Positions 1 to 10,529 of a stretch of DNA of 64,000 nt are shown in pieces. The DNA is from an uncultured Opitutales bacterium (GTDB lineage: Bacteria > Verrucomicrobiota > Verrucomicrobiia > Opitutales > JAIRKQ01). The stretch covers positions 41,231 to 105,230 of the forward strand of contig CAZOAG010000003.1 in NCBI GenBank assembly GCA_964577805.1, written 5' to 3'. Position numbers and translations under genes: made by a program. Below the pieces are notes generated by a model. That model searched no databases. It was given only the letters and a program-made list of their open reading frames with translations, and was not told the DNA's origin. Numbering within the stretch: position 1 is the first letter of the stretch; each line of letters begins with the position of its first letter.

Positions 1-2
1 TA

Positions 3-1343
3 TCAAAATTCTAACAAAAATCTTCTAAAAAACTTACGAGCACGATCGATCATTTTTATGGAAACACTTTCATTAACACTATGAATATTATCTTCTGTCA
101 TCGACAATCCGATCAACAGAGAATCAACTCCCAAAATATCATGAAACATTGTTATTATGCCAATGCTTCCACCTTCTCGCAAATAAACAGGAGGACTTCC
201 AAAACAATCATCAATGAGTTTTTCTGACAATGAAAATGCCCGTTTTAATACACCATTTGAAATATTACAAACATCAATATAATATGGATTCGTAGATTGT
301 TCAAATTTGATATTCATCTTCATGCCGACAGGACATAACGCACGCAAATGGCCTTTTAATAATTTTTGTATCTTTTCACACGATTGATCAGGAACTATCC
401 GACATGACATTTTAAAAGATGCACGACCAGGAATTATTGTCTTGATACCACTGCCATTGAAACCACCGGATATTCCATGAAACTCCAATGATGGTAAAAA
501 TCGCATAGTTTCAGCAAAAGAATATCGGTCGTCTGGAAATTGCAAAGAATGTACACCAAGCCGATTAGCGATATCATCATCATTCAATGGCAATCGAGAT
601 ATTTGTTGACGTTCAAACTCAGTCGGAATTTTTACATCATCATAAAAATATTCAATTGCGACCTGACCGTTATCAAAATGCAATGAAGAACAGATATTTG
701 CCAGCGCACGTATTGGATTTACAATACATCCACCATATCCTGAATGCAAATCTTTATCATGACTGATTAATTCAACTTCACAACCAACTAGTCCACGCAA
801 CCCAGTAGTGATGACAATATTTTCTTCATTTAATGACCAAGTATCAGCAACCAATGCAAAATCTGCATGTATTTCATCACGAAGAGAATGAAGAATATTT
901 GGCATTGTTGCACTACCAATCTCTTCTTCTCCTTCTATCAAAAACTCTAAATTTACATTTAATAATGTTTTCTGTGATAAAATATCATCAATTGCACATA
1001 GAATAGCCAAATGACTGCCCTTATTATCAGAAGCCCCACGGCCATACAACCGTCCATTATATTCTTTCAATGCAAATGGATGACATATCCAATCATCGGT
1101 ATTATCAACTGGTTGTACATCATAATGCCCATAAATTAAAATAGTCGGCAAAGAATCATTATACTCCGTATGAGCAAAAACAGCAGCATGACCACCACAA
1201 CATACTTCTTTTGCTAAAATTTCATGTTTATGAAAAAACTCTAACAAAAAATTACGTGCAGATGCCATTTCATTCTTCATGCTATCATCAGATGATATGC
1301 TCATGCACGCAATGTACTGTCGCAAATATGATGCAAAGTCCAT
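3..1343 (-). CDS. M20-family metallopeptidase (dipeptidase / ArgE-DapE-CPG2 superfamily)
   Basis: 446-aa ORF, ATG at 1343, TGA at 3-5. Carries M20 metal-ligand motifs IYGHYDVQPV, GRLYGRGASDNKG and FLIEGEEEIGS. Confidence 0.75.
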   Translation of the reverse strand: MDFASYLRQYIACMSISSDDSMKNEMASARNFLLEFFHKHEILAKEVCCGGHAAVFAHTEYNDSLPTILIYGHYDVQPVDNTDDWICHPFALKEYNGRLYGRGASDNKGSHLAILCAIDDILSQKTLLNVNLEFLIEGEEEIGSATMPNILHSLRDEIHADFALVADTWSLNEENIVITTGLRGLVGCEVELISHDKDLHSGYGGCIVNPIRALANICSSLHFDNGQVAIEYFYDDVKIPTEFERQQISRLPLNDDDIANRLGVHSLQFPDDRYSFAETMRFLPSLEFHGISGGFNGSGIKTIIPGRASFKMSCRIVPDQSCEKIQKLLKGHLRALCPVGMKMNIKFEQSTNPYYIDVCNISNGVLKRAFSLSEKLIDDCFGSPPVYLREGGSIGIITMFHDILGVDSLLIGLSMTEDNIHSVNESVSIKMIDRARKFFRRFLLEF

Positions 1344-1364
1344 ATCGCAAAAAAAAATGATTTA

Positions 1365-1925
1365 TTATATTTTCATCAAGTCAGAGTTTTTCGTATCCAA
1401 TGCATCATCAATTTCTTTGACAGCATTATCTGTAATGACTTGCGCTTCCTTTTCGCCCTTCTTGGAATCATCTTCGCTCAAAGCACCACTTTTCTTCGCC
1501 TGCTTAAAGGTTTCAATCAGGTCTCTGCGAATATTACGTATTTGCACCTTGCCATTTTCTGCCATACCATTTGCTACCTTGCTCAATTCTTGACGGCGCT
1601 CACGGCTCATTTCTGGCATAGTACAACGAATTACCATACCAGCAACTATCGGTGTAATTCCAAGGTTCGCCGCTAATATTGCCTTCTCTATTGCCTTTAC
1701 ACTCTCTTTGTCCCACGGCTGAATTTGTATTGTTCTAGCATCTGGCGTTGTAACAGCAGCAATAGTATTCAATTTTACAACAGAACCATATACATCAACT
1801 GATAAATTATCAACCATACCAGTAGATGCTTTCCCTGTATGCAAAGAATTAAACTCTGCCATTGTATGTTTTACCGCATCTGCCATTGCTAGTTTCGCTT
1901 TTTTGATTTCAATATTTATGTCCAT
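1365..1925 (-). CDS. frr: ribosome recycling factor
   Basis: 186 aa, the typical RRF length. Typical RRF sequence (VDVYGS..., IQPWD, ANLGITP, MPEMSRERRQEL). Immediately downstream of pyrH, as in many bacteria. Confidence 0.95.
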   Translation of the reverse strand: MDINIEIKKAKLAMADAVKHTMAEFNSLHTGKASTGMVDNLSVDVYGSVVKLNTIAAVTTPDARTIQIQPWDKESVKAIEKAILAANLGITPIVAGMVIRCTMPEMSRERRQELSKVANGMAENGKVQIRNIRRDLIETFKQAKKSGALSEDDSKKGEKEAQVITDNAVKEIDDALDTKNSDLMKI

Positions 1926-1934
1926 AAAATAAAA

Positions 1935-2660
1935 TCACTCATTACTAATAACTGTACCAACAGGCTCACCTGACAACACACGACTAATGTTATTCAGATC
2001 ATTCTCTGCACCAACAACAATAATAGGAATATCATTGTCCATGCACAAAGAAAACGCTGTAGAATCCATAACATGCAAACGTCTTATCAAAACGTCAGAA
2101 AATGTTAATTTAGAGTATTTTACCGCATCATGAAATATTTTAGGGTCTCTGTCATAAACACCATCAACTTTTGTAGCCTTTACCACAACATCTGCATGTA
2201 ATTCATTTGCGCGCAATGCTGCTGCACTATCAGTAGAAAAAAATGCACTTCCTGTTCCACCTGATAATATAACAACATTCCCTGTATCCATAACAGCACT
2301 AACATGGCGCGGGAAATAAGTATCGCAAATATTTGGCATTGGCATAGATGAAAAAACAGAAGCAGGAACATTACTTTTGCGCAAAACGTCAGCAACTGCC
2401 ATAGCATTGATTATTGTTGCTAACATTCCCATATGATCACCAACAACACGATCATATCCAAATTTGTCATTACCAGCAACACCACGAAAAATATTGCCAC
2501 CACCAATAACCACTCCCAACGCTACACCATCATCATGTATCGCCTTGATTTCATTACATAATGCCATCAACACCGGCATTGATAAAACCTCACCAGTACC
2601 AGCATCACGCAAGATTTCACCACTAAATTTTACAATAACTCGCTTATACTTACTTTTCAA
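1935..2660 (-). CDS. pyrH: UMP kinase
   Basis: 241 aa. Motifs KRVIVKFSGE, VIGGGNIFRG and TDSAAALRA. Apparent TTG start. Confidence 0.95.
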   Translation of the reverse strand: MKSKYKRVIVKFSGEILRDAGTGEVLSMPVLMALCNEIKAIHDDGVALGVVIGGGNIFRGVAGNDKFGYDRVVGDHMGMLATIINAMAVADVLRKSNVPASVFSSMPMPNICDTYFPRHVSAVMDTGNVVILSGGTGSAFFSTDSAAALRANELHADVVVKATKVDGVYDRDPKIFHDAVKYSKLTFSDVLIRRLHVMDSTAFSLCMDNDIPIIVVGAENDLNNISRVLSGEPVGTVISNE

Positions 2661-2746
2661 ACAGCGCCCTCCAACAACATTAAGTAACGGTTACTAACAA
2701 AACTAATGATGTAGTCAATCACTGTTATTTTCACCAAAATAGCATA

Positions 2747-4345
2747 TCAACTATAAAAATCATATGCATCGTCATAAAATATTTCATTTGCATTTAACAT
2801 GCGCTCAACTTCTTCTTCAAAACTACCAATGGTACAATATTCATCATGTATACCACTACATTCACTATAACCATCACAGCCAATTAATTTCTTCTGAACA
2901 AAACATTCAAAAATACCACTACGACCATTATATCCTCGAAAATTACAGCGCTCACATCCGCTATGTTGAGAACGATTATTTATATCACAACAACAAAACG
3001 AACATGATCGCCTTACCAATCGTTGAGCGATCGCGCCACGCAAACATGAACGTAATAAATATTCCGACACTCCAAAATCCAACAATCGCCCAATAACATC
3101 TTTCGCACGAGAACAATGAACTGTGCTAAATACAAGATGGCCTGTCAACGCAGCTTGGACAGCAAGTGACGCTGTATCAGCATCACGAATCTCTCCAACC
3201 ATAATAACATTTGGTGCTTGCCTAAGAACAGATCGTAAAATCGATGAAAATGTCAGTCCAATCTCTTCTCTAACAGCAACTTGTGTAACATCATCTAATC
3301 GATATTCTATAGGATCCTCTATTGTTATCACCTTTTTATCAACTGATAATAACCATTTCAGTAATGCATATAATGTTGTAGTTTTTCCACATCCAGTAGG
3401 CCCACAGACCAAGATCAGCCCATTATTATTCCCTACCATAGCAGTCAATACGTCCTTCTGTAACCCATGCAATCCTATTGTATCAATGTTAAGATCTATG
3501 CTTTCCTGATTAAATATCCTCAATGCAACATTATCGCCAAAAACTGTAGGCAATATAGAAAATCGAATATCATATTTTTTATCGCATATTGTAACACACG
3601 CACGCCGATCTTGTGGCAATCTCACTTCATCAACACTAGCACCTGTTATCAACTTCAATTGTGCAATAAGACCACGCGCAACAACACCATCAACAACCTT
3701 ATTAACATGCAATATCCCATCTATTCGAAATCGTACACGCATACCATCGCGCAAATTCTCAAAATGAACATCGGACGCCCTACTTTCTATAGCATCAGAA
3801 AGTATAACATCCAACATTTCACCGAAAGCATTATTCATATCATCAGTTTGAGATTCTGCACAATCAATATTTTCTTTATCAACAACTTCAATACTACTCT
3901 CAGTAGAGTTACAGTATAGTGAACGAAATATATCATTCCACTGCTCAAATGACAGCATGGCGACATTCATATTACCACAATAAAACATCCGCATATTATC
4001 AATTGCTGCAACATTAAACGGATTAATCACTGCAATGACTGGAATATCATCAATGATTATAGGCATAATATAATGCCTTTGAATATTATTTAATAATTGG
4101 CTGTTTATATCATCATACTGCCGTACAACACTATCTTTCGATAAAACATTCATCCCAAAAACGTTTTGCACAACATCCGGCACACGATTCAAATGTTCAA
4201 AAATGTATTTATTGATCTCTAACACATCATGTAAGTCCGAGATGTCATATAATATTTTCTCGCCAACAACAGTCCCATTCAATTCAGATAAAATAGCATC
4301 ATTGGTACTGATCATATACCGCTCATCAAATATGAAATTTGCCAT
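2747..4345 (-). CDS. GspE/PilB-family secretion ATPase (type II secretion or type IV pilus assembly)
   Basis: Walker A GPTGCGKTTT, then IEDPIEY, MVGEIRD and TGHLVFSTVH, plus a C-terminal tetracysteine cluster (CSFCC...CERC). I prefer the ATG at 4345 (MANFIFDE, GAGGG 14 nt upstream) over the GTG at 4366 used by the ORF track. Confidence 0.85.
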   Translation of the reverse strand: MANFIFDERYMISTNDAILSELNGTVVGEKILYDISDLHDVLEINKYIFEHLNRVPDVVQNVFGMNVLSKDSVVRQYDDINSQLLNNIQRHYIMPIIIDDIPVIAVINPFNVAAIDNMRMFYCGNMNVAMLSFEQWNDIFRSLYCNSTESSIEVVDKENIDCAESQTDDMNNAFGEMLDVILSDAIESRASDVHFENLRDGMRVRFRIDGILHVNKVVDGVVARGLIAQLKLITGASVDEVRLPQDRRACVTICDKKYDIRFSILPTVFGDNVALRIFNQESIDLNIDTIGLHGLQKDVLTAMVGNNNGLILVCGPTGCGKTTTLYALLKWLLSVDKKVITIEDPIEYRLDDVTQVAVREEIGLTFSSILRSVLRQAPNVIMVGEIRDADTASLAVQAALTGHLVFSTVHCSRAKDVIGRLLDFGVSEYLLRSCLRGAIAQRLVRRSCSFCCCDINNRSQHSGCERCNFRGYNGRSGIFECFVQKKLIGCDGYSECSGIHDEYCTIGSFEEEVERMLNANEIFYDDAYDFYS

Positions 4346-4471
4346 AGTGAAATATAGTACCCTCACTCAGGGTTTATCTTAAAACATATTTTGCAAAGTA
4401 TTTTTAAAAATTTATTGACCCTAGCTTGTCATTATTTACTCGTATAGCCAAACATTACAGGAAACGATACT

Positions 4472-5818
4472 GTGAAAAAAGAGATCATCAACATTAATAC
4501 TACACGAATCAACTTTATTTGCACCTTTGACAAACAAGAAGAAGCAACAATAAGAGAACAGGTCATACAAAAATTTTGCAAAGAAGCCAAAACGCCTGGT
4601 TTCAGACAAGGAAAAGTCCCACAAAACATTGTAGTTGCTAAAATGTCACCAGGGATCTCTCAAGAAATCGAATCAACTATAACAAATAAAACATTTCAAG
4701 AACTAGAACAAGATGCCAAAACAATCAATGTAGCATCAATTGTTGATATCAAAAATGATCGTAATGATGATGGATTTTCTTGTACATTGTCATTGGACAT
4801 TTTCCCAGAATTTGAACTGACAAACTATCGCGATATCCGTATCGAGAAGAAAGAAATCGTCGTTCCAGACAGCGAGATTGATGATGAAATAAAAAGTATC
4901 TTACGTCAGTATGCTAAATATGAAGTTGTCGAAAGACCAGCTAACAAAGGAGATTTTGTCAAACTGAGTTATACAGGAACCTTCGAGGATGGTGCATTAG
5001 TTTCTGACACCAAAGCGATCCCAGCGATGTACGGAACACAGGAGAATACATGGGAAGAAGCTGGTGATGAAAAAGATATTGGAGTACGTGCTATTGTTGA
5101 TGGAATCGTCGGTACCAAGGCAGGTGATGAATTGACTGTAACGCAACATTTTGATGAAAAATGCCAAATCCCTGAACTCGTCAACAAGACTGTAACATAC
5201 AAACTTGAAATCAGTGAAATCAGGGAATGCGTATTGCCAGATGTCAATGAAGAAATGTTGAAATCATTGCATGTCGAGTCGGAAGATGACCTAAAAAATA
5301 AAGTAAAAGATGTATTGCAACACAGAAAAGCATCACAACAGAAGAACGAACATAGAGAACAGCTCGTCACGATATTGTCGGACAACACAACATTTGACAT
5401 CCCCGAAAGTGCTATAGAGACAGAATCGAAAATATTGTTGCAAGACTTATTCGATACGCAATTGGCACGTGGGACAAAATTAGATGATTTGAAGGCCGCT
5501 TCTGACGAAATATTGAAAAATTTACACCCTGCAGCGACATCACGTGTAAAAATTAGAATAATTTTAGAAAAAATAGCAAAAAAAGAAAATATAGATGTAT
5601 CAGCAAATGATGTAGAAAACATGATATGGCAGGACATTCGATCAAAGCGCCTGAACATCGATAAATACGTAGCAGAACTGAAAAAGGATCGCAAAAAATT
5701 ATCGCATGTTCGTAGTCGTGCGTTGTGCAATAATGTCCTCACTTTCTTGGAAAAAATAGCATGCGGGGATGACTCCCAAGAAACAAACTATACCACTAAT
5801 GAACAACCAATAGAATAA
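4472..5818 (+). CDS. tig: trigger factor
   Basis: 448 aa. N-terminal ribosome-binding signature GFRQGKVP and a central FKBP-like region. GTG start with AGGAAA 8 nt upstream. Confidence 0.9.
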   Translation: MKKEIININTTRINFICTFDKQEEATIREQVIQKFCKEAKTPGFRQGKVPQNIVVAKMSPGISQEIESTITNKTFQELEQDAKTINVASIVDIKNDRNDDGFSCTLSLDIFPEFELTNYRDIRIEKKEIVVPDSEIDDEIKSILRQYAKYEVVERPANKGDFVKLSYTGTFEDGALVSDTKAIPAMYGTQENTWEEAGDEKDIGVRAIVDGIVGTKAGDELTVTQHFDEKCQIPELVNKTVTYKLEISEIRECVLPDVNEEMLKSLHVESEDDLKNKVKDVLQHRKASQQKNEHREQLVTILSDNTTFDIPESAIETESKILLQDLFDTQLARGTKLDDLKAASDEILKNLHPAATSRVKIRIILEKIAKKENIDVSANDVENMIWQDIRSKRLNIDKYVAELKKDRKKLSHVRSRALCNNVLTFLEKIACGDDSQETNYTTNEQPIE

Positions 5819-5844
5819 AAAGTTATAATTAAAAGCCTACTTCT

Positions 5845-5884
5845 AAAGATCCTCGTCGAAACATGGGGATCTTTCTTGTTTTAG
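5845..5884 (+). terminator. intrinsic terminator after tig
   Basis: 8-bp stem AAAGATCC (5845-5852) / GGATCTTT (5867-5874) with a 14-nt loop, followed by CTTGTTTT. Confidence 0.6.
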
Positions 5885-6460
5885 AAAAACTCTAATGACA
5901 CTTTTTCTTCCCTATAAAAATCACCAATACAATAGTGCAAACATCAAAAATAACTCAATAAAGATATTTGTCATATATTCTATTTTCACTTGTGCAATAA
6001 TGTAAAAATTATATAATTGAGCATAGGTAAACGTATGAAATCAATATTGGAAATCAGGACATACTACAACACAGCACCTGGAGCAATATCATATAAATTA
6101 TTTTTTTAACGCGAGAAACAAACCGAAGAAGAAGTACGCAAAATTTTTGGACATAATATTGCAAAAAAACATCTAAGCTGGCCATTACCAGAAAATATCA
6201 TAATACAGCATAATAAAAGCCATAAAATTAGCAAATCCTCTCAAATAACGCCATTCAAACCATCAGAAACAGAACTGACAAATAGACAAGCATCAATATC
6301 TATAACACAGCATAATAATCAACGACACAACAATACAACAACCGACACTCAGCCCATATCAACCTGCATGTAAAGAATGCAAAGGACCATCCGCTTCGAG
6401 CAATTGATGAATTTTAGTTGCCAATAATACCAATTTGTGCTGTTTTGTAAAAAACAACAA

Positions 6461-8278
6461 ATGATTGATATTGAGCACTTAACATATCGCATAGGGAGTC
6501 GTATTTTATTTGAAGATACTACTTTGCATTTTCCAACTAATGGAAAAATTGGACTTGTTGGACACAATGGATGTGGTAAAACAACATTATTTCGATTGAT
6601 TTTTGGACTGTTAGAAATTGATGCCGGAACGATCAATATCAAGGACAACACGCAATTTGCTTACGTAAAACAAGAAATTGACAATGAAAATGTCACATTG
6701 CTTGAATTCATATTACAAGCCGATACAGAACTTATTAAATTAAAACAATGCATATCAGATCCAAATTCTAGCGCAAATGACATTGCACATGCTTATCAAC
6801 GAATGGAAGAAATCGATGGTTATTCTGCCGAAGCACGTGCATCAACCATATTGGCAGGATTAGGATTTTCACATAACGATCTGACAAAACAATTGTCTGA
6901 ATTTTCAGGAGGATGGAAAGTACGTGCTTCACTGGCAGCAACTTTATTCGTACCATCAGATTGCTTATTTCTAGACGAACCAACAAATCACTTGGACCTA
7001 GAAACATCATTGTGGCTGGAAAATTATTTGGAAAAAACCAATAAAATGATTGTGATGATATCGCATGAAAAACAATTTTTAAATAAAATATGCAATAATA
7101 TCATCAGCATTTATGACAAAAAATTGCATCTATTTAAAGGAAATTACGACAATTACATTCTGACACGGAAAACACAAGAGACTGCATTAATAAAAAATAT
7201 CACGAACCAACAAAAAAAACGTGATCACATGCAAGCATTCATCGATCGATTCGGCGCAAAAGCAACAAAAGCAAAACAAGCACAAAGTCGTCAAAAAATG
7301 ATCGACAAGATGGAAATTCCTGAAATGCCAACGATGATGCAATCTGTAAAATTTACATTTCCTCAACCAAAAACACAGATCGATAGAAAATTAATCACAT
7401 TAGAAAATGTTTCAACAGGATATAATAACAAACCAGTCCTTCGTAATTTAAACATCAATATCGATATGGGCGATCGGATTGCTCTACTTGGTGCAAATGG
7501 CAATGGAAAAACTACATTCGCAAAACTTATATCAAGACGACTGAAACCAATGTCAGGAGAAATATCGTTCGCTAGAAATATTAACATATCGTATTTTTCA
7601 CAACAACATGTCGACGAGATAGACATATCACAAACACCAATTGCTCTATTGCGCAATCTTGATACATCTTTATCTGAAACACAAGCACGTGCACATTTAG
7701 CAAGGTTTGGAATAACACAATCGCGTGCAGAAACAATCATCAGCAATTTATCTGGTGGTGAAAAATCACGCATATTATTGGCAACAAACTCATTGTCATC
7801 ACCACATGTGATGATATTCGACGAACCAACAAATCACTTGGATATTGAAGCAAGAGAAGCATTGGTTGATGCCATTAATCAATACAATGGCGCCATTGTC
7901 TTAATAACACATGATTTCTTTACACTATCACAAACATGTTCAAAGTTCATTTTGATCGACGATGGAACATGTTCAAAATTCAATGGCACTATCGAAGATT
8001 ATCGCACGTTTTTGTTAAATAAAAATGCTACTGTTTCAAAACAAACAAAATCATCATCTGCTCCAAAATTAAATATTCAAAACATTAAAAAAATCAAAAA
8101 AGAACAATCTTCATTAGAAAAACAAATATCGCAATTAGAGACCGAAAAACATGATATCGAAGCGAAATTATCAATAGAATATGATCAGAACCTTTACGAA
8201 CAATATGAAAACTGTTGCACAAAGCTAACTGCATTAGAAAATCAATGGTTAGAACTATCTATGCAATTAGAGAATTAG
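6461..8278 (+). CDS. ABC-F family ATPase (translation-factor type, no membrane domain)
   Basis: Two ABC cassettes (Walker A GHNGCGKTT and GANGNGKTT; signatures LSGGWKVR and LSGGEKSR) joined by a charged linker, with a C-terminal coiled coil. I prefer the ATG at 6461 (MIDIEHL) to the GTG at 6437. Confidence 0.9.
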   Translation: MIDIEHLTYRIGSRILFEDTTLHFPTNGKIGLVGHNGCGKTTLFRLIFGLLEIDAGTINIKDNTQFAYVKQEIDNENVTLLEFILQADTELIKLKQCISDPNSSANDIAHAYQRMEEIDGYSAEARASTILAGLGFSHNDLTKQLSEFSGGWKVRASLAATLFVPSDCLFLDEPTNHLDLETSLWLENYLEKTNKMIVMISHEKQFLNKICNNIISIYDKKLHLFKGNYDNYILTRKTQETALIKNITNQQKKRDHMQAFIDRFGAKATKAKQAQSRQKMIDKMEIPEMPTMMQSVKFTFPQPKTQIDRKLITLENVSTGYNNKPVLRNLNINIDMGDRIALLGANGNGKTTFAKLISRRLKPMSGEISFARNINISYFSQQHVDEIDISQTPIALLRNLDTSLSETQARAHLARFGITQSRAETIISNLSGGEKSRILLATNSLSSPHVMIFDEPTNHLDIEAREALVDAINQYNGAIVLITHDFFTLSQTCSKFILIDDGTCSKFNGTIEDYRTFLLNKNATVSKQTKSSSAPKLNIQNIKKIKKEQSSLEKQISQLETEKHDIEAKLSIEYDQNLYEQYENCCTKLTALENQWLELSMQLEN

Positions 8279-8292
8279 ACTTCTATAGTCTA

Positions 8293-9837
8293 TTATTTAA
8301 AAAATAGGTTTTTAATAACATTTTTTGTGACAAAAAAATAACTTCCTACAGATAGAATTACAGCCACAAATAGTGATATCAAACATCCATAATGCATTGT
8401 AATATTTGTAATAATCGGCATTAGCATTTGTCTGATAGCTAAACCTATTATCGCAACAATAAAACATCCTGACGCGATCAAGATAAAATGCTGTGCTTCT
8501 GTTACCAACGATAATTTATTTATCTTCTTATTGAATAACTTATTCAACAATAACATTTGCACACAAACAGAACTGGCATTTGCTATTGCTAGCCCAACCA
8601 CACCAATCACATTCATAAATACTATCGATAATATAGCATTTACGCATAATATTATTACTCCAACATGAACGGGAGTTTTTGTATCACGAACAGAATGAAA
8701 TCCCTTTATAAACAATGATGACATGCCAGAAAATACCATCCCAAAACAGCATACAAATAATATTGGCATAACACGCAAAATATCAGACGATGTAAACTGG
8801 CCATATTCAAACAACACCGATAAAATTTCCTTGCGAAATACACATATACCTATAGCTGATGGTAACAATATCCACAACATCGCCAACATACACCTTTTAA
8901 ACAATTTAGAAAATGTCGCACGATCATTATCACTTGCAACAGCACATGATAATTTTGGAAAAAATACAGTAAGAATGGACACTCCAAATACACCAGATGG
9001 CAATTCTACCAATCTATTTGCTAAATATAATAACGGCACTGCTTCTGCACAAAATCCATATGCAATGACACGGGATACTAAAATATTCAATTGATCAACA
9101 GCCGCACCAAACAATCCTGGCAAAAATAATTTCCAAACATTTTTCAAATCTTGTCGTAATTGATCAGTATCATCATGCCATTGCATCTTCCAACCACCAA
9201 TAAACATTGCCAATATTGGAAATAATATTTGGATAAATCCGCCTAACAACACCCCACCGATTAAACAATATATCAACTGCATACCATCATACGACAGAAC
9301 ATACCGTCCAACCAACATTGAAACAATCATCGTAACATTCAGCCATACTTGATTAATCGCTGCGACAAAAAACCGTCCTAGAACATTTAATGCAGCAGAT
9401 GTAATCGCTGCTAAACATACAAATATCATATATGGCAATACAGCCATTGTCAGTCCAAGTGCCAACTTCCATGAAACATCTTGTATAACATTCTTTAGCG
9501 GGAAAATAGTACAACAAACCACTCCGCAAACAATCATTAGGATGCAAAATAACCGTACAAGAACATGCGAAAACAATGTAAACATCGCATATTTCCCATA
9601 ATTAACATACCGACTGGATAATATTGGAATGAGAGCAGACGATAGTGCACCCTCCCCCAATAATCGCCTGAACATATTTGGCAGACTAAATGCTAACAAG
9701 AATGCTGCACCAATTTCAGATACTCCAAAACATGAAAAAAATGTAACATCTCGTAAAAAACCAAAAATACGAGATATTACTGTTGTTCCTGAAACAACTG
9801 CGATGTTCGAAACTGTAGTATATTTAAATTTTGCCAT
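8293..9837 (-). CDS. murJ: lipid II flippase MurJ (MviN)
   Basis: 514 aa and polytopic. The N terminus SRIFGFLRDVTFFSCFG is typical of the MurJ/MOP family. Confidence 0.85.
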   Translation of the reverse strand: MAKFKYTTVSNIAVVSGTTVISRIFGFLRDVTFFSCFGVSEIGAAFLLAFSLPNMFRRLLGEGALSSALIPILSSRYVNYGKYAMFTLFSHVLVRLFCILMIVCGVVCCTIFPLKNVIQDVSWKLALGLTMAVLPYMIFVCLAAITSAALNVLGRFFVAAINQVWLNVTMIVSMLVGRYVLSYDGMQLIYCLIGGVLLGGFIQILFPILAMFIGGWKMQWHDDTDQLRQDLKNVWKLFLPGLFGAAVDQLNILVSRVIAYGFCAEAVPLLYLANRLVELPSGVFGVSILTVFFPKLSCAVASDNDRATFSKLFKRCMLAMLWILLPSAIGICVFRKEILSVLFEYGQFTSSDILRVMPILFVCCFGMVFSGMSSLFIKGFHSVRDTKTPVHVGVIILCVNAILSIVFMNVIGVVGLAIANASSVCVQMLLLNKLFNKKINKLSLVTEAQHFILIASGCFIVAIIGLAIRQMLMPIITNITMHYGCLISLFVAVILSVGSYFFVTKNVIKNLFFK

Positions 9838-10396
9838 ATATTAATGCATTCGGTTGTCTTGTGTTACTCATCCGTCCCAAACGCTTAACAAACAATAAAT
9901 TTTCTGGTGTTTCAATTTGAAATTTACCAGGTGATTCAAAAATAATCCTCGCATCATTTGTATTATTCAAACGATCAGAGAACAATGATAATAATCCATG
10001 TCCTCGTGACTCCGTCATATTATACGGTGGATCAATAAATATTATATCGAAAGAAATATCTAATGTTTCTGCCCAATTAAAAACATCATCGCAAATTACT
10101 TTTGTTTGAAACTTACGACCGGCAGACTTTTGTACATTTTTTATATTATTTTCTATAGCTGATACTGCTGCCCTATTTTTTTCAACAAAAACACATCCTT
10201 GTGCACCACGACTAAGAGCATCAAGACCATATCCACCAACCCCTGCAAAAAGATCGAGGACCATAGCATTTTGAACGAGCCTTCCCAATGATGAGAACAC
10301 AGCTTCTCGCATGAAATCAGTTGCTGGCCGTAAATATTCCACTCCATCTGGAACTGACAATATGATACCGCGTGCCTGGCCACCTGTTACCCTCAT
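9824..10396 (-). CDS. rsmD: 16S rRNA (guanine966-N2)-methyltransferase RsmD
   Basis: 190 aa. Motifs MRVTGGQARG, RPATDFMREAVFS, VLDLFAGVGGYGLDALSRGA and the DPPY motif. Its 3' end overlaps the murJ start by 14 nt. Confidence 0.85.
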   Translation of the reverse strand: MRVTGGQARGIILSVPDGVEYLRPATDFMREAVFSSLGRLVQNAMVLDLFAGVGGYGLDALSRGAQGCVFVEKNRAAVSAIENNIKNVQKSAGRKFQTKVICDDVFNWAETLDISFDIIFIDPPYNMTESRGHGLLSLFSDRLNNTNDARIIFESPGKFQIETPENLLFVKRLGRMSNTRQPNALIYGKI

Positions 10397-10529
10397 AGAA
10401 CACTTAAATGAAGAATATTTTCTTTTTTGTAAACCACATTTCTATGATCGAATCATCTACATTTTAAAATCAAATTATCGTCATAAAAATTTTATATCGA
10501 AATGTTTCACTAAAAATAGTTTGTAATTT

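Noticed and set aside
4969-5742. 257-aa minus-strand ORF inside tig. Similar long antisense ORFs occur at 27622-28212 inside clpX, 40741-41781 inside ppdK, 51380-51844 inside the CoA-transferase gene and 7363-7773 inside the ABC-F gene.
   Set aside because: Each lies fully within, and antisense to, a confidently identified conserved gene. Their translations are Ser/Cys/Phe/Ile-rich low-complexity strings, typical of shadow ORFs in AT-rich coding DNA.
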